DNA from: Candidatus Iainarchaeum sp.
Lineage (GTDB): Archaea > Iainarchaeota > Iainarchaeia > Iainarchaeales > 0-14-0-20-34-12
NCBI GenBank assembly: GCA_030649345.1
Contig: JAUSKK010000021.1
Location: 1-7,837 of the forward strand
Reading direction: 5' to 3'
Length of the DNA stretch: 7,837 nt
Shown: positions 1-5,664 of the stretch, one piece after another
Layout: each line of letters starts with the position of its first letter
Position numbering within the stretch: the first letter of the stretch is position 1
Translations under genes and position numbers: made by a program
Notes under the pieces: generated by a model
Seen by the model: the letters and a program-made list of their open reading frames with translations, nothing else
Told to the model about the DNA's origin: nothing
Database searches by the model: none

Positions 1-21
1 CTTTATTTCATCCATATACTG

Positions 22-30
22 CTTATAATC
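22..30 (+). promoter_or_regulatory. A/T box CTTATAATC, also present verbatim at 5527-5535 upstream of the second tRNA-Ser; candidate shared promoter or upstream element
   Basis: Identical 9-mer in the same orientation upstream of both tRNA-Ser genes; TATA-like composition. Confidence 0.3.
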
Positions 31-75
31 CGTAATTTCTTTAAATCAAACTTTTTAAACACTCCCAAACACTGG

Positions 76-84
76 TTTTATATT
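76..84 (+). promoter_or_regulatory. TATA-like box TTTTATATT, possible promoter of the tRNA-Ser(UGA) precursor
   Basis: Resembles the archaeal TATA consensus; lies about 25-30 nt before the start of the structured leader (around 110). Confidence 0.3.
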
Positions 85-110
85 CTCTGTTTTTAGAGAG
101 TGTCTTGACC

Positions 111-167
111 AGACAATCGAATGCAATGAAGATTGTCTATCAGGAGGTATCGGAACCTAAGGTTCTG
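111..167 (+). other. Structured 5' leader of tRNA-Ser(UGA) with two hairpins
   Basis: Hairpin 1 is AGACAATC (111-118) / GATTGTCT (131-138) with 12-nt loop GAATGCAATGAA. Hairpin 2 is CGGAACC (151-157) / GGTTCTG (161-167) with loop TAA. The tRNA starts 4 nt later. Confidence 0.5.
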
Positions 168-211
168 ATTTGGTGAGGTGGCAGAGCCCGGTTGAATGCG
201 CCAGCCTTGAG

Positions 212-313
212 CTGCCTTTTCTTTTTCTTTGTGAAAGAAAAAGAAAATGTAAGTTGCCAAAAGAAAAAGAAAGCTGCGCCTGTTGGCGCTAGATTTAGGC
301 AACAGTAAAAGTT
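212..313 (+). ncRNA. 102-nt structured intron at position 37/38 of tRNA-Ser(UGA); contains copy A of the pyrimidine/purine module
   Basis: Sequence between G37 and A38. Contains a 14-bp Y/R hairpin 217-247, lower stem GTTGCC 253-258 / GGCAAC 298-303, and upper hairpin GCGCC-TGTT-GGCGC 276-289. 3' bulge is T312 T313 | A314. No sense-strand ORF. Confidence 0.75.
217..272 (+). repeat. Module copy A: Y tract 217-230, loop GTG, R1 234-247, linker TGTAAGTTGCC 248-258, R2 259-272
   Basis: Y=TTTTCTTTTTCTTT, R1=AAAGAAAAAGAAAA, R2=AAAAGAAAAAGAAA, which is the exact mirror of R1. Confidence 0.8.
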
Positions 314-360
314 AGCTGGTAGGTCGCAAGGCCTCACGAGTTCAAATCTCGTCCTCACCG

Positions 361-370
361 TTTTTATTTA
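361..370 (+). terminator. Oligo-T terminator after tRNA-Ser(UGA)
   Basis: TTTTTATTTA immediately follows the discriminator base; archaeal RNAP terminates at T runs. Confidence 0.5.
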
Positions 371-393
371 CTTAGGTTGAAAAATTGATTTTT

Positions 394-1008
394 ATGGATT
401 CAAGAAAAGAACAATTGCAGTTTGCAGTTTCCATTTTATTTGATCACTCCATTCGCTATCTGAAAGGTGAACGAAATCCTGCAAATGAATTTGGCGATAT
501 TCCAGATCCTTTTGGTGAATTTGAGTCTGCAGTTCAAACTGTTCGCAATGAATTACTGGCACGAAAATGGAAACATGCTGCAGCCCAATTGTATACGTAT
601 GGCGAACACAAATCGTATGGAAAATTGTTGTTGCATTTGTCTAAAACAAGACTTTTGTCTGCTCGGCAAAGAAAAGAATTTAAGCCTTTTTTGGAAACTT
701 TGGATTTTGCTTACAATTTTATTAGACAATTTCATGCACGTAAAGCAAGTTATTCTGCTGAATTATCTAAATTGGGCGATCAATTGATTGTAAAACTTAG
801 TGATGTGTTTACTCCGCAAGGTCAAAAGCTTATTGGAAAAATCAAAGCACGCTTGACTGTTGAAGCAGCTGGCCGAAAACTTCATGGCCCAAGTGTTTTT
901 CCGGTTGGAAGCAGAGAATGGAATACTGTTCATAAATACAAACAAGCTGATTTACGTCCACGCAAAAAACCAGTTAAACGAGTTCTATTGAGAAAAAGAT
1001 TAAGGTAA
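394..1008 (+). CDS. Hypothetical protein, predicted helical with a strongly basic C-terminal tail (RPRKKPVKRVLLRKRLR)
   Basis: Long ORF with codon usage like its neighbours. I place the start at ATG 394 rather than the TTG at 385 used by the ORF track. No family recognised. Confidence 0.6.
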   Translation: MDSRKEQLQFAVSILFDHSIRYLKGERNPANEFGDIPDPFGEFESAVQTVRNELLARKWKHAAAQLYTYGEHKSYGKLLLHLSKTRLLSARQRKEFKPFLETLDFAYNFIRQFHARKASYSAELSKLGDQLIVKLSDVFTPQGQKLIGKIKARLTVEAAGRKLHGPSVFPVGSREWNTVHKYKQADLRPRKKPVKRVLLRKRLR

Positions 1009-1055
1009 AAAATTCATCAATTTCTTTTATTAATTGTTGTTTTCTTTATTTTATT

Positions 1056-1850
1056 ATGAATCGTTTGTTAGCCGGCAAGCATTTGGTTTTAAAGGCTGGC
1101 TGGATTGCGAAAAAATATTTTCGCAGACCAATTCATTTTTCGTTTAAGAAAAATAATAATATTTCTGAAGTAGTAACACCTGTAGATTTATTGATTGAGC
1201 AAACAGTCTGGCATTCTTTGCATAAATTGTTTCCAGAAGATACTGTAATTGGAGAAGAATTGGGAACGCATACTGGTTCAAGTGAATTTACTTGGTATAT
1301 TGACCCGATTGATGGAACGCAAAATTTTTACAAAAAAATTGGATTCTTTAACACTGCTGTGGCTTTAGAACAAAATGGTGAAGTTATTGCCGGCTGGATA
1401 TACAATCCTTTGTCCAATGACTTGTTTTTTGCCGAAAAAGGAAAAGGTGCTTTTTTGAACGGCAAAAAAATCAATCCTTCCAGTCAATCCAAATTCAAAG
1501 ATGCTTACTTGTTTTACTGTGATGGTAAATGTTCTAAAAAAGAATTGGATTTGTTTGGAATTATTTTCAAAAAATTACGTTCTCGTGTTTTTGAATTAAG
1601 AAAAGTAGCTTCTGCTAATTTAGAATTTGCGTATATTGCCTGCGGTCGTGCAGATGTATTTGTTTGTACTGACTTAAAATTGGTTGACTTTAAAGCTGGT
1701 CTTTTGCTGTTAACTGAAGCCGGCGGAAAAGCCACAGACTGGGCTGGAAAAACACCTGGGCAAGAAACAAGAAGTTTTGTTGTCAGCAATGGAATATTGC
1801 ATTCTAAAATTATTTCTGAAACCAAACCTTTTGCAAAGAAACTAAAATAA
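1056..1850 (+). CDS. Inositol monophosphatase / FBPase-family phosphatase (SuhB-like)
   Basis: Family motifs GEE(L)G, WYIDPIDGTQNF and TEAGGKATDW; length 264 aa is typical. Confidence 0.85.
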   Translation: MNRLLAGKHLVLKAGWIAKKYFRRPIHFSFKKNNNISEVVTPVDLLIEQTVWHSLHKLFPEDTVIGEELGTHTGSSEFTWYIDPIDGTQNFYKKIGFFNTAVALEQNGEVIAGWIYNPLSNDLFFAEKGKGAFLNGKKINPSSQSKFKDAYLFYCDGKCSKKELDLFGIIFKKLRSRVFELRKVASANLEFAYIACGRADVFVCTDLKLVDFKAGLLLLTEAGGKATDWAGKTPGQETRSFVVSNGILHSKIISETKPFAKKLK

Positions 1851-2325
1851 CCCAAACGCCAAAGCAAGCCACGGCAATTTTTTGCAATATTGGACTTTCT
1901 CTAAAAATTAAAAAAACTAAATCAATTAAAACAAATCCAAAACCAATTAAAGAAAGTTTTTTATCTATTTTTAATTTTTCCAAAGAATACAGTAATGCAG
2001 TTATTCCTGCTAGTATAAAAAATCCAGCAGCTGTAACAAAGTGTTCGAATGCAATATTCATGGGAAATATTCCCACTCCGCTTAAACTCAATCCTGCGAA
2101 AATTCCAGTGATTTTTTGAATTGAATCAAAATTCAAAAAGAAATAAGCTGCAAAACTGAATCCAGCTAAGATTAAGCCAGTATTAAACCAAAAAGCACTG
2201 GTTGATCCAATTCCAAGTTCGCTTAAATATTGTCCGGTGAAATTGTAATTGACATAATTGAGTATTGCAATTGCTGTAAAAACTAAAAAAAAGAAAACTC
2301 CTAAAAGTCCAAAATATTTTTTCAT
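1810..2325 (-). CDS. Polytopic membrane protein, possibly DUF998-like
   Basis: About 5-6 hydrophobic segments; the YLSELG motif resembles DUF998. Start moved to ATG 2325 (MKKYFG), 4 nt after the ribH stop, instead of TTG 2346. 3' end overlaps the IMPase 3' end by 41 nt. Confidence 0.6.
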   Translation of the reverse strand: MKKYFGLLGVFFFLVFTAIAILNYVNYNFTGQYLSELGIGSTSAFWFNTGLILAGFSFAAYFFLNFDSIQKITGIFAGLSLSGVGIFPMNIAFEHFVTAAGFFILAGITALLYSLEKLKIDKKLSLIGFGFVLIDLVFLIFRESPILQKIAVACFGVWVILVSLQKVWFQK

Positions 2326-2329
2326 GATT

Positions 2330-2815
2330 TCACTTGATTTTGTCAATTTCTTTCAATTGTTGTACAATCGCTTCAATTGTTCTTTTTCCGTATTCTAAAG
2401 CCCGTTCTTCTGCTTGCTTCATTGTAGCTCCTGGTCCAATAATTCCAAAACCTACTGGTTTATCGTATTTTACACTCAACCTCTGCAATTGTTTGGCTGT
2501 GCTATATCCAATCACTTGGTCATGGTCAGTTTCTCCTTTTACAATTGCACCTAAAACAGCTACTCCATTAATTTCGTTTAATTCCAATAATTTTTTGCAC
2601 GGCAGTACTGTATCGTAACTCCCATTTACTTCCAATTCATACACAATTTTTATTCCAAGTTTTTGTGCGCTTTCTCTTGCGCCTTTTAATAAATCTTGAG
2701 AAATTTTCGGATAATAATTTGAGTACACAATTCCTATCCGAACCGCGGGGGAACCAAGGTTTCCCCCCAGTTCTAGGGAGTTCCTGACCCCCTTCCTTGC
2801 AATTAATTTTTTCAT
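2330..2815 (-). CDS. ribH: 6,7-dimethyl-8-ribityllumazine synthase
   Basis: Conserved GETDHD and KPVGFGIIGPGAT...AEER motifs; collinear with archaeal RibH from RIGIVYS onward. Carries an atypical roughly 25-aa N-terminal extension. Confidence 0.88.
   Translation of the reverse strand: MKKLIARKGVRNSLELGGNLGSPAVRIGIVYSNYYPKISQDLLKGARESAQKLGIKIVYELEVNGSYDTVLPCKKLLELNEINGVAVLGAIVKGETDHDQVIGYSTAKQLQRLSVKYDKPVGFGIIGPGATMKQAEERALEYGKRTIEAIVQQLKEIDKIK
2747..2792 (-). other. Pair of GC-rich hairpins inside the 5' extension of ribH
   Basis: Minus strand: GGGGG-TCAGGAA-CTCCC (2792-2776) and GGGGG-A-AAC-CTTG-GTT-CCCCC (2767-2747). This is a local GC island in an A/T-rich genome. Confidence 0.45.
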
Positions 2816-2839
2816 TTTTTCACTTCAAATATTTTTTGC

Positions 2840-3328
2840 TTATAACTTTACTGTCTTTTCATTTGAAAATCCTTGTCTTTGTCCTGTGCCTGCTTTTTTT
2901 TGCAATGCTTTTGGATTAAACACTAAATCCAAAGCATTCAATGTATGTTTTACAGTTCGATTTCTCATAATTTTTGCCAATACTTTGTCATTTCCTTTGC
3001 TTTCGTTTTCAAAAACAAATACTTCAATGACATGCTTATTGGTCATTAATTGCACTTGCATTATTCCTTGAGCTGCTTCATGGGCGCACATATAATCAAT
3101 ATCTGCTTTTCCGCCCATTCCGCAAGCTATCACAATTTCGCATTCTTGTTCTTCAATTAATTTTTTGCAAGCCACAGCCAAATCTTTAAAACCTGGAACC
3201 GTGTATCTTAAAACTTCAACTTTTTTGGAATACTTGCTTTTTTGAATAGTTTTTTCAGCCAAAGAACCCATGTCTCCGCGTGCAAACATAGTGTCTGTCA
3301 CACCGATTTTAACTTTTTCATTTTCCAT
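2840..3328 (-). CDS. ribC: Archaeal-type riboflavin synthase
   Basis: Close resemblance to the MJ1184 family: VTDTMFARGDMGS, VPGFKDLAVACKKL, CAHEA, QLMTNKHVIEVFV, GQRQGF. Confidence 0.88.
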   Translation of the reverse strand: MENEKVKIGVTDTMFARGDMGSLAEKTIQKSKYSKKVEVLRYTVPGFKDLAVACKKLIEEQECEIVIACGMGGKADIDYMCAHEAAQGIMQVQLMTNKHVIEVFVFENESKGNDKVLAKIMRNRTVKHTLNALDLVFNPKALQKKAGTGQRQGFSNEKTVKL

Positions 3329-3711
3329 TATTCCACTTCCACAATTAAAGTATCTCCAACTTGTAAGCTAAATTTTTTAACCAATTCTTCGTTTGCAATT
3401 ACTTCCATTATATTTTCTGGATGTGTTGTTTTGTCCGGTACAACAATGGCTGCAGTTAATCCATTGATTTTGCATGGAAAACAATTGACTCCAAAATATT
3501 CTTGTCTATTTTCTTTAAATCCATGCATGTATACATTTTCTGCAGTTGCTTTGAGTTCTTCTAATTTTTCTTTTTTAACTTCTAAATTTAATGTTCCAGG
3601 AAAAGGAATAAATCCTAATTTTTCTTTAAATTGTTTAATGTAGCTTGGATGACTTAAAAAAGTTCCAGCTGTTCCAAATCCTTTAATCCAGGTTCCTGTA
3701 ATGGAAATCAT
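3328..3711 (-). CDS. ribK: CTP-dependent riboflavin kinase (archaeal RibK, MJ0056 family), no HTH domain
   Basis: GFGTAG and PFPGTLNL motifs; 127 aa. Its TAA stop shares one nt with the ribC ATG (TAATG), indicating translational coupling. Confidence 0.8.
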   Translation of the reverse strand: MISITGTWIKGFGTAGTFLSHPSYIKQFKEKLGFIPFPGTLNLEVKKEKLEELKATAENVYMHGFKENRQEYFGVNCFPCKINGLTAAIVVPDKTTHPENIMEVIANEELVKKFSLQVGDTLIVEVE

Positions 3712-3747
3712 ATAATTATTTCGAATCCCAAATCGTTAAAAATAGAG

Positions 3748-3756
3748 CTTTTATAG
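3748..3756 (+). promoter_or_regulatory. TATA-like box CTTTTATAG in the divergent ribK / GT2 intergenic region
   Basis: About 30 nt upstream of ATG 3782, suggesting a leaderless mRNA. The reverse complement CTATAAAAG also faces ribK. Confidence 0.35.
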
Positions 3757-3781
3757 TTGTTTGTTGCATTCTTTTATTTGT

Positions 3782-4456
3782 ATGCGAAAAAAAGCAGTAA
3801 TTGTAATTGCCGCCTTTAATGAAGAAGAATCCTTGGGCCGTACTCTAGACTTAATCAAAGCAACGCGTTTGCCTGCACAAATTATACTAGTCAATGATGG
3901 TTCTACAGATAAAACTCGAGCAATTGCTTTAGCTAAAGGAGCCCAAGTCATTGACATGGTGGATAAAACAAATCAATCCAAAAATCGCGGTAAAGCGAAT
4001 GCAATTTTTGCTGGATTGCGTGCTGCTTTGAAATTTAATCCAACTTCAGTGGTTACCTTAGATGCAGATATGTTAACTGTTCCGCGTGTTTCTTTAAAAG
4101 AATTAATTGATTCAGCTCATACAGCTACACGCATAGGAAAAATTGCAATGCATGTTGCACCGTATGCGGAAGGAACCTTTGAACCGCACACATACCTTTC
4201 TGGTTTGCGTTCGTTTAGTATTCCTGCTTTACATTATTTGCATAAATCTAAATTCAAAAGCATTCCGCGAGGTTATGGTTTGGAAACTTTTTTAGGAATC
4301 TTTTTTTCAAAATTTAGACAAAATACAAAAGGTTCGTTTCAATTAGAGCCTGGGTTTCGTTCAAGTGCCAGTAAACAACATCAAAAATCTGATATTGCTT
4401 TGACTCGAAAAAGAATTACAAAACGCTTTCGGCCGCGTTTTCGTTTGCATGTTTAA
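3782..4456 (+). CDS. Family 2 glycosyltransferase
   Basis: N-terminal VIVIAAFNEEESL...VNDGSTDKT and DAD motif (TLDADM). Start placed at ATG 3782 rather than TTG 3761. Confidence 0.8.
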   Translation: MRKKAVIVIAAFNEEESLGRTLDLIKATRLPAQIILVNDGSTDKTRAIALAKGAQVIDMVDKTNQSKNRGKANAIFAGLRAALKFNPTSVVTLDADMLTVPRVSLKELIDSAHTATRIGKIAMHVAPYAEGTFEPHTYLSGLRSFSIPALHYLHKSKFKSIPRGYGLETFLGIFFSKFRQNTKGSFQLEPGFRSSASKQHQKSDIALTRKRITKRFRPRFRLHV

Positions 4457-5340
4457 TTTCTTTCCAGTTTTGTTCCTTTTTTGAATACAATTTCCATGTG
4501 AGGATACGCAAATTCTACGTCTTCGGTTTTTCTAAAACGTGCATGAATTTCTTCGGTTATTTCGTGGGCAATTTTATCCATTTTAGGCGGAGGCACTGGA
4601 AATCGTAAATTAATGTCTACACTGGATGCTGCAAATTTGGTTCTTGTATGCGGATCCATTTTGCTGGGCGCAATATATTTTCCTGCTTTTTCTTTAGCTA
4701 CATCCATCATAATTTCTTGAGCTTTGGTTAAATTGCTTTCATACGTTACTGATAAATGAATTTCTTTCAAAACAAACTGGTTCATAAACCTATAATTAAT
4801 AACTGGTTTTTCAAAAATAACAGATGTTGGAATTAATATTGTTCGTCCACTGTGAGCTTCGCTTTCAAACATTCCTCCGACTTCTCGTAAAACCAAATAA
4901 AACATGGTGATGTCTTCAATATCTCCTTTGAGTGTATCAATGATTATTCGGTCTCCGATTTTGAATGGTTTTTTGATTAAAATCATTAACCATCCAACTA
5001 TTCCTGCAATGGGTTTTTGTAATGAAAAACCTAAAGCTGCAGATAATAAACCTAAAGTAACTCCAGTTAATCCAAGGTTTCCTGAAAAAGTCAGCAAAAT
5101 AACTACAGCTGCTAAGAAAGCAAAAGCATACCGCCACATTTTTTCAACAGTAGCTCTATCTTCTTCTTTAAATCTTTGCAGGCTTTTATGAACCCCAAAA
5201 CTAACCAGTTTATAGACTACAAAAATAACCACTATGGCCAATATTATGGTTAATGCCGTAGGCAAATAACTGTTTAAGGTGTCTGTTAAAGAAACCAAGG
5301 CAGTGCCTGCCTTTTGAAAGTTCTGGTCAATTAGCCCCAT
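4453..5340 (-). CDS. Small-conductance mechanosensitive channel (MscS family)
   Basis: Three N-terminal TM helices followed by KKPFKIGDRIIID...GDIEDI...GRTILIPTSVIF, the typical MscS beta-domain signature. Confidence 0.85.
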   Translation of the reverse strand: MGLIDQNFQKAGTALVSLTDTLNSYLPTALTIILAIVVIFVVYKLVSFGVHKSLQRFKEEDRATVEKMWRYAFAFLAAVVILLTFSGNLGLTGVTLGLLSAALGFSLQKPIAGIVGWLMILIKKPFKIGDRIIIDTLKGDIEDITMFYLVLREVGGMFESEAHSGRTILIPTSVIFEKPVINYRFMNQFVLKEIHLSVTYESNLTKAQEIMMDVAKEKAGKYIAPSKMDPHTRTKFAASSVDINLRFPVPPPKMDKIAHEITEEIHARFRKTEDVEFAYPHMEIVFKKGTKLERN

Positions 5341-5420
5341 AATTAGATCGTGTGTTGGTTTTTTTTCCTTTTTTAAAATATTATACTAAAGTATATCCTT
5401 TCTTTTATTAATCATTTCCT

Positions 5421-5500
5421 CGGCCCCTTTTCTTTTTGGAAAAAAGAAAAGGTGTACGTTAGCCCAAAAGAAAAAAGTGCACTTCGTGCACTGGCGTGCG
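5421..5500 (+). ncRNA. Module copy B, free-standing outside any tRNA exon; candidate small RNA or 5' part of a long tRNA-Ser(GGA) precursor
   Basis: CGGCC; Y 5426-5437 CCTTTTCTTTTT; loop GGA; R1 5441-5452; linker TGTACGTTAGCCC; R2 5466-5476 AAAAGAAAAAA; hairpin GTGCAC-TTC-GTGCAC 5477-5491; TGGC. A/T boxes lie upstream (5371-5398) and T-rich tracts downstream (5513-5529). Confidence 0.5.
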
Positions 5501-5526
5501 GTTATTAATAATTTCTCTTTACTTTT

Positions 5527-5535
5527 CTTATAATC
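5527..5535 (+). promoter_or_regulatory. A/T box CTTATAATC, second copy of the 22-30 box
   Basis: Identical 9-mer about 90 nt upstream of the tRNA-Ser(GGA) 5' end. Confidence 0.3.
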
Positions 5536-5569
5536 GTATTCGGTACGTATTTGCATCTTAATGATGTCC

Positions 5570-5624
5570 GCGCTGCTGAGCAACAGCGAAAGCAGTGCTA
5601 AAGCGTCAACCGATTTTGCGGTTG
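5570..5624 (+). other. Structured 5' leader of tRNA-Ser(GGA) with two hairpins
   Basis: Hairpin 1 is GCGCTGCT (5570-5577) / AGCAGTGC (5591-5598) with 13-nt loop GAGCAACAGCGAA. Hairpin 2 is CAACCG (5607-5612) / CGGTTG (5619-5624). The tRNA starts 2 nt later. Confidence 0.5.
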
Positions 5625-5664
5625 TTGCAGAGATGGCGGAGCGGTCAAACGCACTAGCCTGGAA

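Larger units (their letters stand above)
172..360 (+). tRNA. tRNA-Ser(UGA), class II, intron-containing (exons 172-211 and 314-360)
   Basis: Acceptor GGTGAGG/CCTCACC. D stem GCA/TGC with GG in the loop. Anticodon stem CCAGC (201-205) / GCTGG (315-319), loop CT-TGA-G...A. 16-nt variable region with GGTC/GGCC stem. T arm ACGAG-TTCAAAT-CTCGT. Discriminator G360. No encoded CCA. Confidence 0.88.

Noticed and set aside
253-306. H/ACA-like hairpin in intron A: lower stem GTTGCC/GGCAAC, large internal loop, upper stem, ACA at 302-304
   Set aside because: The ACA overlaps the lower stem instead of following it. The upper stem has no K-turn or K-loop. The would-be guide pocket is just the purine tract complementary to the intron's own Y tract.
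93-358. Minus-strand ORFs 93..302 and 140..358
   Set aside because: They lie antisense across tRNA-Ser(UGA) and its intron. The low-complexity F/K/E runs simply translate the Y/R tracts. No start context or family resemblance.
2738-2800. FMN riboswitch upstream of or within ribH
   Set aside because: The segment is far too short, and I cannot see the conserved multi-stem FMN aptamer architecture. Kept only as an unexplained structured GC island.
467-5191. Internal and antisense ORFs (467..787+, 553..735-, 763..945-, 1514..1867-, 2334..2618+, 2886..3071+, 3242..3643+, 3751..3957-, 4904..5191+, 4937..5137-)
   Set aside because: All are nested within or antisense to confidently assigned genes, have biased low-complexity composition typical of A/T-rich off-frame translation, and show no recognisable motifs.
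5561-5579. Box C/D sRNA in the tRNA leaders (ATGATGT 5561-5567 plus CTGA 5576-5579; ATGAAGA 126-132 plus CTGA 165-168)
   Set aside because: The boxes are imperfect. C to D' spacing is 8 nt rather than about 12. There is no convincing C'/D pair at the right distances, and leader 1 is too short for two guides. Kept only as a weak K-loop possibility.
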